From Octopus sinensis (taxonomy: Eukaryota): DNA of 64,000 nt. Under the pieces are notes generated by a model. That model worked only from the letters and a program-made list of their open reading frames with translations, did no database searches and was not told the origin of the DNA. Both the position numbers and the translations under genes were made by a program. The first letter of the stretch is position 1; every line of letters starts with the position of its first letter. The stretch spans positions 100,440,001 through 100,504,000 of the forward strand of contig NC_042999.1 in NCBI RefSeq assembly GCF_006345805.1, in the 5' to 3' direction. Shown in pieces: positions 13,476 to 25,892 of the stretch.

Positions 13476-14665
13476 CTCTTTTTATCTTCTATCATTCTCC
13501 TCTATCATCCATTCGCTTTGGTTCTTTTCACTTGGTTGTATGGGAAAGACAACAACAAACGAATGGAAACAGCACATGTCCACTCTTGAGCCGGTGAACA
13601 AATCACTGGAGCCAACATAGGCTAGAGAGAAATTTAAACTAGTTGGAGACAAGGCAATCTCTTTATTGCTAATACCACGATAAATTTTCTGTTACAAGAA
13701 GACCCCTAATCCTTACTAAAAATATATATAAAATTTCAATAACTATTAAGTATGCCAGAGTCCAATTTACTAAGATTTCGTACAACAGTCATTCTTTAAA
13801 ATTTTCACTAATTTCCTATTGCTGCAAAAACAGTGGCGATACGAAGCCCAAAATACTGCTGAGGTGTGACATGCTAGCAACATAATGAATCTTTGTGATA
13901 CTGTGACGTAACTCGATGCTCTGATATACGGTGATAATATGAATTAGTGCTATATTGCACGAGTTTTTATCATTAGTATAATTATAGTGGCATAATTATT
14001 GTCGGAGGTGGTAGTAGTGGTAGCTGTGGTGATTATCTGCAGATCCACCCTGATCAAGCAAACCTGTAATCAAAAGCTATTCAGCTGTGAACAACGTCTT
14101 TTTTCGGGGTATGTCTTCAATTACGTAATCCAATTTGTCTTCCATGTATTTAAGACAATAGGATTCGATTTTTAGGGGATTTGACAACTATTTCAATCAG
14201 GTCGAGTGAATGTGTAAAGATTTCTTCGTAGGCTCGGAATAGTGACGATGTTATTGATGCTCAGTTCCAGTTTAGTCTTAATACAATAGACCAGACCATT
14301 ATTTAAAAACAAACTAACTATAACCATCTTGTTTTTGCTGTCGGGCAAAGTGTATCCAGGGTTGTATTGTCTCATGACTTATTTTTTCAAGAGGGACATT
14401 TGGTTATTGCCTCAAGCAGTTCGAGCGACTGCGTAGTGGCACCTTCATTGGGTTGTAGTGGTACTGTGATACGCTAAAAGGCTGTAATAGATTATGGTAT
14501 AGTAAATTGAGGTGTTATAAGATGATAACATTGATGCAGGGTCCTACAATAAAGTGATTTGATTGTCAGTATTAAAATGTGTTACGTCGAAGTTTTGTGA
14601 AACTCTGATATAACGCGTTCTGTCCCATCTATGATATAATCTCTAATCGGCTACAAAAATCTGAA

Positions 14666-14741
14666 TCGAGTAATTAACACGTATCTAGCATGTAGCTAAC
14701 ATATCGAGAAATTAACACGTACCTAGCATGTAGCTAACGTA
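14666..14741. repeat. Tandem duplication, 2 x 38 bp
   Basis: TCGAGTAATTAACACGTATCTAGCATGTAGCTAACATA followed by TCGAGAAATTAACACGTACCTAGCATGTAGCTAACGTA. Confidence 0.9.
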
Positions 14742-15639
14742 TTTATTTCAAAAATTGTTATCTGTCCGTTAGACAGGAAAACTTAAACTTTCAGCAAATA
14801 GTACAAGCCATTTAGATTCATAAACCAGTATTTCATGACCCTTAGTTGACCCAACAAGAAAGCCTTTGTGGTCACTCAACATACTAGAAATGGCAGTCAA
14901 AGCTCCAACAACTGTCTTAAAGGCTGTTTGGAGGGCAATAAAACAATATGCTGATAAAGCATAAGTTTGGCTGCCAATACTAGGAGCATCTGCAGAGCAG
15001 AAAATTTTATACGTAACACAAATAGTTAGATGACTATTCGCAAGCGAGTACCAGGCGTTCCAAAATATAACCGACCGAAAATTGATTGCAGATACATTGA
15101 GTATACCCGTTTACAATACAACGAGTGGTTGGTGAATAGAGTCGTGAAGTATTCTGCCCTGACCAAGCTGACGGTTTCTCACTCGGCTGTGGGTGGCTTT
15201 TCTCATATTTTGTTTAGCTTTGTTTTTCTTTGGTTTTTTTTTTTCAATTATATCGTGCTTTATATATTCCTCACTTTATTCTGCGCATTTACTTTACAAC
15301 AATTTTTTAACATTTCCATATATTTACAGCACAACGTTTTTGATCCATCTCATTCTTTCTATATAACTGATTTGTTCATCCCTAAACATTTTTGAAACCT
15401 TCATGTTTCAAATTCTCCTTGTATGAATGAAAGAGTCTTTCTTGGCAAATCAAGAAGGAAAGATTATTATTAGCAGAATAGTTAGAGTATTGATTTTTAG
15501 TTACGATTCGTGATGTTTTGAATTCAAATATAAAATAAGCAACGGCGAAATGCGGGAGTCGATTAAACCAACTAATCTCTTCATTTAAAATTTCTGGCCT
15601 TGAGCCTGCGTAAGAAATTATGCTGGTGCGAAATATTGA

Positions 15640-16377
15640 CCGAATCCTTAAACCGGCGAACAAAATGCTTTGTAGTGTTTCTCCCGGCACTTTATGCTCT
15701 CAGTCCAATTTCCACCGAGGTGAATTTGTCTTTCATCTTTCCAGGATCGATAAAAAATAAAGTACCGTCAAGCGCTTAGGTTGATGATATCGATTAATCA
15801 CCTCACTTCAAAATTGCTGGCTTTGTGTGCCAAATTCAGGAACAATTGTTATTTTTATGAAAGCAATTGAACGTTAATTTAATTAGCAGGAATCATCATC
15901 TTTCAAGAATTTCACCTTAGGTTTTGTGCAGAAGACAGGATGGCACTTTTCTGCAGGTTGACAATATGTGACTTATTATTATTGTTGTTGTTGTTGTTGT
16001 TATTAAGGCGGTAAGCTAGCAGAATCTGGACTGCTGGACGAAATGCTTAGTGGTATTTCGTCTGCCGTTACGTTCTGAGTTCAAATTCCGCCGAGGTCGA
16101 CTTTACCTTTCATTCTTTCGGTGTCGATAAATTAAATACCAGCTGCGTACTGGGGTCGATCTAACGACTGTCCCGTTCCCGCAGTATTTCAGGCCTTGTG
16201 CCTATAGTAGAAATGATTATCATCATCATCATCATCATCATCATCATTATTATTATTATTATTCAGTAGTTTTATTTTTATAGCGTGCTTTCACTTCACT
16301 ACCGAGCGCAGCTCTGTGTGCCTTGGGTATGTGCTGTGATTTGTTGTGATGCTCTGATGGTTATTGTATGGAAAGTG

Positions 16378-16455
<78 letters not shown>

Positions 16456-17112
16456 GCGGCGAGATGGCAGAATCGTTAGCACGCCGGGCGAAATGCTTAG
16501 CAGTATTTCGTCCGTTTTCACGTTCTGAGTTCAAATTCCGCCGAGGTCGACTTTGCCTTTCATCGTTTCGGGGTCGATGAAATAAGTAACAGTCAAGTAC
16601 TGGGGTTGATGTAATCGACTAACCTCCTCTCCAAATTTCAGGTCTTGTGCCTATAGTAGAAAGTATTATTATTGTTTGTAAGGCGGCGAGCTGGCAGAAA
16701 CGTTAGCACACCGGGCGAAATGCGCAGCCGTATTTCGTCTGTCGTTACGTTGTGAGTTCAAATTCCGCCGAGGTCGACTTTGCCTTTCATCCTTTCGGGG
16801 TCGATAAATTAAGTACCAGTTACGCACTGGGGTCGATATAATCGACTTAATACCTATGCCTGTCCTTGTTTGTCCCTTCTATGTTTAGCCCCTTGTGGAT
16901 AATAAAGAAATAGGTAATTCATCTATCTTCACCGAGGTTGACTTTGCCTTTTATCCTTTCGGGGTCGATGAAATAAGTGCCATCTGAGCACTGGGGTCGA
17001 TGTGATCGACTAACCCTCTCCCCACAAATTCCAGGCCTTGTGCCTATAGTAGAAAGAAATATTATTATTATTATTATTATATTATTATTATTATATTATT
17101 ATATTATTATTA

Positions 17113-17161
<49 letters not shown>

Positions 17162-17330
17162 TATTATTATTATTAATATTAGGGTGGCATGCGAGTAATG
17201 CATAGCGACATTTGGTCCGTCTTCACGTTATGAGTTCAAATTCCGCCGAGGTCAACACTGAGGTCGGTATAATCGCCTTCACCCATCCCCCGCAATTACT
17301 AGCCTAGTATCAAAATTTGGAACCATTATT
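15640..17330 (+). mobile_element. Stack of ~6 same-orientation tRNA-derived SINE family A units separated by (ATT)n/(GTT)n
   Basis: Repeated head GGCGGCGAGCTGGCAGAA-CGTTAG (A box), GAGTTCAAATTCC (B box) and core GCCTTTCATCCTTTCGGGGTCGATAAATTAAGTACC. Units at ~15640, 16005, 16453, 16680 (dimeric, to ~17060) and 17181. The core resembles the Meta/MESC SINE domain (from memory, unverified). Confidence 0.9.
16263..16380 (-). mobile_element. Probable LINE 3'-end fragment with (TAA)n tail
   Basis: Non-SINE 118-bp block embedded in (ATT)n. On the minus strand it ends ...CACGCTATAAAAATAAAACTACTGAA(TAA)n. Confidence 0.4.
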
Positions 17331-18620
17331 ATTTTGCTAGTGCATTCTAATTTAGTTAGCAGATATTTTATCTTGAGATTTGGGGACAAGTCTCCTTAAA
17401 TCACAAGAATTTTTCGTAAGATTCTTGCAAAATATAGGATGGTATTTTTCTGCAAGAGGACAATGCGAGTTTCAATTCCAATCTTTTTAAGTAGCATTTT
17501 GAGTGTTGTGCCCAGTGCACCAATTACTACGGGAATAATTGTTGTCTTGGTCCTCCACAGTCTCCTAAGCTCTGCAGCTGGATCCTGATATTTTTTAATT
17601 TTCGCAATTTCTTTGGTATTGACTCTGCTATTGTAGGAAATTGCAAAATCAACGATCTTACACTGTTTATTTTGCTCTCTAAAATCACGTCTGGTTTTCT
17701 CGCTTTAATAATATGTTCAGTATTATGGCGATGTCCCACAAGATTTTGTAATTCTTATTTTCTGTCACAGCCTCTGGTTTGTGATCATACTGCTTTACTG
17801 TTGTTTTGAAGCCACACACTCGGCTAACATCCCGTACCTGCACAGTCATGCCTGCATTTATACTCCTTTTGTACTAGTATACTGCACTCACTCAAAATGT
17901 GATTGATACTCACGTCTTCTTTCCTACAGATTCTTCAATTGCTGTCTGACTGAGTTTTGTCGATCTTTGCCTTTATCAGATTTCTTCTAAAAGCTTATTC
18001 CTGAGCGGCTATAGTTAACGTTTCTGTTTCTCTTTTAAGTTTTCCTCCGTCAACCAAAGCCAGCAGCCTTCATTTCCGACATTCTCAGTTTGTTGCATGA
18101 ATTGGCCATGCAGTTCATTTTTTTTTCCATATGTTGTTCCATTGTCCTTCCTTTTCTCTTTAAATTCTTCCATAATTTCAACTCCTTTTCGGGTGCCTCT
18201 CAATGCCGAAAGTATTCTTTCTTTATTCAGCACAACATAATTTTTCTGACCCAGTATTATAACACTAGCATTGTCTTCCGCACTCAGTCATCCTCCACCA
18301 CCCTCTTAGCTGAATATTACTTTTTAGGATGGAATGCGTTTTGCATTGTTGGCAGTTTTCTGGTTCTTCTATCCAAGTTCTGCAGCTAGGTCTTTGTCCA
18401 TTTTAGAAAGGGAGCAGAATATCTCAATACAGGCGTAGCCCATATATTTATGGCTTCAATGATGTTCTCACCAGTTTTGTTTCGATCATCTTCCTAATTC
18501 TCCTCTTGCTCTCTTTAATTACTTTCCCCCTCATTTCTTATTTCCATGGTCTTATCGTCTTGCACCACTCCTAAGTATTTGTATCCCTCATTTTTCAGCA
18601 GCGACCGAATGATTTTGTCT
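17330..18620 (-). mobile_element. R4/Dong-like (REL-endonuclease) non-LTR retrotransposon 3' relic
   Basis: Frames read LHGQFMQQTENVGNEGCWLWL, ARKPDVIL and IPVVIGALG; frameshifts and stops present. Confidence 0.85.
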
Positions 18621-18835
18621 TGTGGCTATTTTATGCTATCAGAGGTGGTATAAAAATTATTGTTATTGGTATTGTTGTTGTTGTTGTTGTTGTTGCTGCA
18701 TCTGCTGCTGCTATTGTTGTTATCTATTCTGCACATAACATGCACTGCAGGACATTCCCCACATCTGTAGACTGAAGAAAACTACGATGATGGCACTTTA
18801 GAAAAATTTCGCTCCCTCCAACGTTTCTTAGTAGT

Positions 18836-18904
<69 letters not shown>

Positions 18905-19783
18905 TGTGTGTATGTGTGCATGTGTGTATGTATTGTGCGTTTATGCATGTGTGACGACATAGGCATTGATAAGAAGATAAGACTTTCAGCTTGCAATTGT
19001 GAGGATTCAATACATACAGCGTGGCATCTTGGGTCAATGCATCTAACATAACCTCCAGTCGAGGACCCTGGATAGTGCCTTCTACTATAGCTCCGGGCTG
19101 ACCAATGCCTCGTGAATGAAACTGCATGGAAAGCTGTCGTGTATCATTTGTATTGTGTATAATCTATTTACATATGAAGTACATATACACATATACATAT
19201 ATATAATGCATCTATGCATGTGCGTGTGTGGGTGTGAGAAATCAACAATAAATATTCTTATGAGAAAATATATAAACACATGTGTTTGCTTAAGTTTGTT
19301 TTTCTTTTATTTGTAGTGAACGACACGAATGTCACGTAGCGACACTTTAATTCTATTTCATTCTATTTCGTTTAACAAATATGATAAGAAAATCGGGAAC
19401 TTCAACTAAAGTTGTATTTTGTGGGGTATGTTGTTTGTGTTTCAGACTTTTGGTTTTTGAGGGGGTTTTGTTGTATTTTTGTTGTTGGTAGCACTACTTA
19501 AATACCCAAGTGTAAACTTGTCTATTTTCTATCAAGTAGGTAAAGATGATGAGTTGACTGCTATGATATGCTAAAATTAAAAAATATAGTTTCAAAATTT
19601 GTACTACGATTCCGTTTTTAGTGTTGTTCTGATTTTTTTTACAAAATGTTAGGTGAGATATTTTCATCTGTGGGAGTGGGATTAGAAAATGTTAAAACTG
19701 AACTATAATTTTTCTTTTTTTTTTTTGGAACTGTGGATCGCGTAGACATAAAATTTATAAATAATAGCATTTAAATATTGGCC

Positions 19784-20002
19784 TGAAAACCCTTTTGGAA
19801 AAGTCGAAAGCTGCCCGTGGGACACGAACCTATATCACCTGTTCTACTATTGGACCAAAGGAATCTTTAGAGTCTCCATCTATTTGAGAAATTTTAAGTG
19901 TTGCTTTGGTCCTATGATAGAACGCCTGTTATGTCTGCAAAAGATGTGGATTCAAGTCCCTAGGACAGCGTTTGAATTTTCTATCCAAAAGAGATTTTCA
20001 AC
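19784..20002. mobile_element. Head-to-head pair of tRNA-like SINE units forming an imperfect inverted repeat
   Basis: Minus unit 19784-19862 (TGGTCCAATAGTAG ... GGTTCGTGTCC) and plus unit 19903-20002 (TGGTCCTATGATAG ... GGATTCAAGTCC) share the tail ...TCCAAAAG-G-TTTTCA. A related copy lies at 20881-21025. Confidence 0.55.
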
Positions 20003-20583
20003 TCAATAATTGTTTACAGCTTTATGTACTTCGAGATCCACTGCTTCAGAAAAGAGTTATTTCATGTTCTCTCGAAAGTTTATAAATTCTTATGACGTCA
20101 AAAACATTTTTTTTTTTTTTGTTTTTCAAAAAATATTTTATTCCAATTAAGATGATAAAATAAAATTCGATTCTTTTGTTTTTATTTGTATTGAATTTCG
20201 AGTTCATAAACATCCTTACCCCACCACTCCATCCCTCTTCGCTCAATTTCGGTCATTATTAACATCTCAATTTTATCAATTTCAAATTTTTCAAACTGAA
20301 AACACTGAACGAAAGCAAACAAACAAGAAATTAGGGCTTGACTTGAAATTTCTTCAGTAGTTGAACCTAGATGAAAAATATTTCATATTCAGGGTCAATG
20401 ATGTATTTGATAATACTGATATAGTCGCAGTATCGATTTCTTACATTCGCAGAAAGCCACAAATTTATCAATTCAATCAATCTCCCCATTGACTTTAATT
20501 CGTTTCGTCGACTCCAGTAAAATCTGGGTTTAGAATTTAATTTACATCTAGCTATTCGATATATAAGGAAAATTGGTTCTATT

Positions 20584-20602
20584 GATAATAATGATGATGA
20601 TG

Positions 20603-20681
<79 letters not shown>

Positions 20682-20800
20682 GTCTCAAATGTTGGCACAA
20701 GGCTAGCAATTCCCGGGAAGTGGGTAACTTGATTATACCGATCCCAGTGCTCAATTGGTACTTGTTTTATCAACCCCGAAAAGATGAAAGGCAAAGTAGA
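20584..20800 (-). mobile_element. SINE family A 3' fragment with long (TTA)n tail
   Basis: 20680-20800 is the reverse complement of the family A core and 3' end; the (AAT)n tract at 20590-20680 is its tail. Confidence 0.75.
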
Positions 20801-20880
20801 TAAATGATATTATATATATATACTTAAATTAATCTTTATCGAAGTTGATGAACCCGTTAATAATAACGTATTGGATACTG

Positions 20881-21025
20881 GTTGAAAAACCCTTGGATAG
20901 GAAAAATCGAAGGCTGCTCATGGAACAGGAACACACATCCGTGAACATTACTGACAACTAACCATTATACCAAAGAAGCATTAGAATATTCTACGTCGAT
21001 TTCAGAAGTGTTGTTCCCATGAGCA
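20881..21025 (-). mobile_element. Second copy of the head-to-head tRNA-like element (right arm deleted)
   Basis: Minus strand reads TGGTATAATGGTTAG...GTTCCTGTTCCATGAGCAGCCTTCGATTTTTCCTATCCAAGGGTTTTTCAAC. The spacer resembles 19863-19902, followed by an inverted remnant GTGTTGTTCCCATGAGCA. Confidence 0.5.
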
Positions 21026-21126
21026 AGAATTGTAAGATGTTCGCATTATAAGAATTCAAATGACACGTTGATGTAAATTATCTATTTTTTAACCGTGCAT
21101 GTGTGTGCTTGTATAGTATAGTATAG

Positions 21127-21238
<112 letters not shown>

Positions 21239-22159
21239 ATATATACACATATGTATGTACGTACGTGTGTAAACACTACAGAGGAAAACATTTTGTAAAC
21301 ACCAAAAGGTGACGATTTATGATGATGTATTAATCAGTAGTACTCATGGCACAGTACAAGAGCAAAATAAAAACGCTGATAAAATGCATTAGTCACTAAC
21401 AAAAACATGCGACAAATCTAAAGGCTAGAAATAAAACTCTGGCGTTAATGATAACAATCACGTTAGATCAACTGTCGATAGAGAGACACAAACATATGCA
21501 ACACCACTTCATCCAGAAGACTGTAAAACTCTGGAAATGTATATAATGTATTTGGAAACTTTGCTGTCCAAAATAGCCTCCAAAAGTCTCATATGGAAAA
21601 TTAACAGTGACGTTTTTAATACAACATATGGCAAATGGTCTGAGGTTTCAGACACAGCCTACATACTTTCAATGCGTCTTCAAGCTCTCTTGTGGAATCA
21701 TAAGATGATTTGAACTAGAGTTTTTCATCCGATCCAATTTAGTGACTATCATACTCTTCACCACTTCGCCGGCACTCAAAAACAGAATTTTCCTTCTAGA
21801 TTGTTTGTTTGGTTTCCAAACCCAGGCGAGCCACTTAATTATATTGCTCATATAGTTGTAGACGTAGTAGTATTCACTGCTAGGGACATATATTAACGAA
21901 AACTAAAGTAGTCGCACAGTACGCCAGACTCTAACCCGGAGTTCTTAATTATAGCAAGATATTCGTTGTCTTTACGTTGAATATATTCATCTTTTAAACA
22001 GGTATTGCTTTTGCCCTGCTGGGTTTCTACCAAGCCCCAAACTCCTCTCCAGGGAAACCAGGCAAAGGAGCCGACAATCCGACCATACAACAGGATGTAC
22101 CACAATTGATGATACCAGTAGCGCTTATATGAGACCTTACATAAATATAACATATAATT

Positions 22160-22211
22160 ACATATATATATGCATGTATGTATATGTACATATATATATA
22201 TATATTATATA

Positions 22212-22306
<95 letters not shown>

Positions 22307-22549
22307 TTAAATTAATCTTTACCGAGGTTGATAAACCCGTTATTAATACATATATATATGCATATACATACGCATACATATATATATATATACATATATA
22401 TATACATACATATGCATACATATATATATATATACATATATATATACATATATACATATACACATATATACATATACATATATGCATATACATGTATACA
22501 TATATATATATATGTATATATGCATGTATATATATATATATGCATATGC

Positions 22550-22592
<43 letters not shown>

Positions 22593-22825
22593 TATGCATA
22601 TATACTACATATATATATATATATATATAATATATATACTATACATATACATATATATACTTATACATATATATACATATTCATATACATATACATATAT
22701 ATATATATATATATCATACATACATACATACATACATACATCTATATATATATATGTATATAGATAGGTAGATAGATAGACAGACAGACAGACAGATAGA
22801 CAGATAGACAGACAGACAGACAGAC

Positions 22826-22919
<94 letters not shown>

Positions 22920-22920
22920 T
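22160..22920. repeat. Large compound microsatellite (TA, TACA, GACA, GATA)
   Basis: Directly visible; source of many spurious IY/YI/YLSI ORFs. Confidence 0.95.
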
Positions 22921-22993
22921 TTAGAGACAGGTATTCTCTGTATATAATACACTTCGTAGTGCTCAGGGGATTTAAACTTGGGCAGGTAAAGGA

Positions 22994-23221
22994 TAAATGT
23001 AAGGACAAGCAAGCTAGGCAAGTCGATAAACAAAAATTATGAAATACATTTAATGCAAAAAATGTACATATGTTTACATATAAAAATTTACACAGAACAG
23101 AAATGATATCATAAATTGATGGGGTTCAATAAGAGTTTTATATGTAACCATATGTACATGTCAATGTATTTCATAATTTTTTTGTATATCGACTTGCCTA
23201 ATTTGGCTGTTCTTACATTTA
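22994..23221. repeat. Imperfect inverted repeat, ~90-bp arms, ~45-bp spacer
   Basis: TAAATGTAAGGACAAGC...TAGGCAAGTCGATAAACAAAAATTATGAAATACATT... pairs with ...AATGTATTTCATAATTTTTTTGTATATCGACTTGCCTA...TTCTTACATTTA. Confidence 0.85.
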
Positions 23222-23275
23222 CTCATATATATACATATATATATATATATGTATATATATATATTTATATATATA

Positions 23276-23340
<65 letters not shown>

Positions 23341-23362
23341 ACAATTTTTCATATATATATAC

Positions 23363-23520
23363 ATGACGGGCTTCTTTCAGTTTCCGTCTACCAAATCCAC
23401 TCACAAGGCTTTGGTCGGCCCGAGGCTATAGAGGAAGACACTTGCCCAAGGTGTCACGCAGTGGGACTGAACCCGGAACCATGTGGTTGATAAGCAAGCT
23501 ACTTAACACACAGCCACTCC
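23363..23520 (-). mobile_element. SINE family B, 5' half
   Basis: Reverse complement reads GGAGTGGCTGTGTGTTAAGTAG..GGTTCCGGGTTCAGTCCC..CCTTGGGCAAGTGTC..GGATTTGGTAGACGGAAACTGAAAGAAGCCCGTC. Confidence 0.9.
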
Positions 23521-23523
23521 ATG

Positions 23524-23598
<75 letters not shown>

Positions 23599-23712
23599 AT
23601 GTATGCATACATATAAGCACCCTATTTATAAATTGTGTGTATGTGTATATATATATACATACACATACATATATGCACACACACACACATACACATATAT
23701 ATACTCATACGC

Positions 23713-23823
<111 letters not shown>

Positions 23824-23851
23824 TGTGTGCGCATGTATGCATGTATGTATA

Positions 23852-24680
23852 CCATTATTCAGTTTTATTTCAAGATTTTTTGCCACTATAGAAAGAACCG
23901 GTTTCTAACCTAGATTCAAGGCTGCTTCACTGGAATTTCGATAACATCAACAGGGTATGTATGTATGTATGTATGTATGTATGTATGTATGTATGTATGT
24001 ATGTATGTATGCATGTACGTATGTATGTATGTATGTGTAGATTTGTATGTTTTAGGTATATATTCTTATGCATATAGCCGCATATCTAGACATGTTCATA
24101 TATATATTTAAATGTTAAATTTCTGAGAAGTTTTACAGATTTTTTACAATTCTAAAGATGGATTTGATCTCTAGTCTTCGAATTAGCTCTCTCCTTTCCG
24201 GTTTTGAGAAGCCTAATTTCTCAAGATGGGTATTTAGGCAGTGTGTTACATATCCCAGGGCCCCAATAATTACAGGTATAAATCTGAACGTGTAATCTGG
24301 ATAGAGTAACTGCATATTTCTCAATAGTTCAGCATAGGTATTCTCTTTTTCACGGATCTTCAGCTTTATGTTAACATCCACTGGGCAGCTAATTTCCACA
24401 ACAGTGCACAGTTTCTCTTCTCTATCCCAAATCATTATATCAGGTCTGTTGTGCTTACATTTTATTGAAATCTTCACTGGGACATTCCACTAGTATTCCT
24501 TTTCATTATGAGCGGCTATGACTTCTCCCATATTTCTTTCTCCTCGGGATTATCCTTCCGACGAATTTCCTTATAGAGCGTCCTAGCTACAACATCATGT
24601 ATTATCGGTGGATAATACCGTGATTACATTTTCGGACAACTACTTATGATGTGGGTGATATCTTCAGGGTAACTCCACAA
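23852..24680 (-). mobile_element. R4/Dong-like REL-endonuclease LINE 3' relic with 3' UTR
   Basis: EDITHIISSCPKM..HDVVARTLY, then CKHNRPDIMIWDREEKLCTVVEISCP..KENTYAELL..FIPVIIGALG (ORF 24133-24477). A (TATG)n tract interrupts the 3' UTR. Confidence 0.9.
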
Positions 24681-24882
24681 AGTATGCATGTATGTATGTA
24701 TGTATGTATGTATGTATGTATGTATGTATGTATGTATGTATGCATGCATGCATCTATGTATGTATGTATGTATGTATGTATGTATGTATGTATGTATGTA
24801 TGTATGTATGCATGCATGCATCTATGTATGTATGTATGTATGTATGTATGTATGTATGTATGTATGTATGTATGTATGTACT

Positions 24883-25405
24883 CTTTCACTCCGGGGCGAT
24901 TTCGTTTCGCCTAGCCTTGAGATATTCTGTGTTTTTAGACACTATACGTCTTTAAAGGGATCAATACAGGCAGAAGTACGACAGCTTTGCAGCATTTAAA
25001 AACCTACGTACATTAAATATGTCATTGATAACGTTCACATTATTTAAGCTGCTTCTAACAAAGATTCGAGTTTTATTTTCCTTGTGTGATGCATCTGTAC
25101 ATTAGCAAATAGCTTTCACGCTATTTGTATATCTGACCGGAGCAAATCGTTTCGGTGATGGATGATTGTGTGTGGCACTGAGGCGCTGAAATCACAGCGA
25201 AATATCAATGTGTCACTTTCTTTCCCTTTCAGAGCAACTTCATTTCGCCTAGCTTTGAAGCATGCTGTGGATTTAAACACAATGCGTCTTTAAAAAGATC
25301 TAACCAGGACTAAGTACTGCAGCTTCACAGTATTTAACAACGCATGTACATTAAGTCATACTGATAACATTTACATTATCTAAACTGCTTCCAACAAATA
25401 TTCAA
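24883..25405. repeat. Diverged direct duplication, ~185-bp units, period 338 bp
   Basis: TTCGTTTCGCCTAGCCTTGAG...CACATTATTTAAGCTGCTTCTAACAAAGATTC (from 24901) aligns to TTCATTTCGCCTAGCTTTGAA...TACATTATCTAAACTGCTTCCAACAAATATTC (from 25239). Confidence 0.8.
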
Positions 25406-25456
25406 CACACACACAGACACACACATACGCACGCACGCAGACACACAGACAGACAA

Positions 25457-25541
<85 letters not shown>

Positions 25542-25683
25542 CGAATGAGGGATGGAAAGTGTCTGACTTTAAGGGATCGCGAAAGGCTTTGCTGGAGACC
25601 CAACCATCCGAGTTCTTTTAAAAGGCTTCGGAAAACTGAAGGAGCGGTGCAATTAGTGTGTATATATTATATATATATATATG

Positions 25684-25826
25684 AAAGTTGTAGAAAAAAC
25701 AAAGATGAAGACAGTGTATGAACAACAAGCAAATGTATTAATTTGACGCTCGGGAAAAGGAAAAAGTATTTTACATTTCGAACCCCTACTCTTCAACAGA
25801 AAGGAATAGGAGAAAATAAACAGGGA
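25684..25826 (-). mobile_element. Penelope-like pseudo-LTR fragment with decayed minimal hammerhead (25768-25803)
   Basis: Minus strand CTTT-CTGTTGA-A-GAGT-AGGG-GTTC-GAAA-TG-TA-AAAT followed by TTTCCCGAGCGTCAAATTAATAC; homologous to 33580-33765. Flanked by (TA)n on both sides. Confidence 0.7.
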
Positions 25827-25836
25827 TATATATATA

Positions 25837-25892
<56 letters not shown>

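Noticed and set aside
15640-17330. Repeat-spacer-like array (CRISPR-like) or tRNA cluster
   Set aside because: The units are ~200-400-bp SINEs with microsatellite tails; the heads have A/B boxes but no complete cloverleaf.
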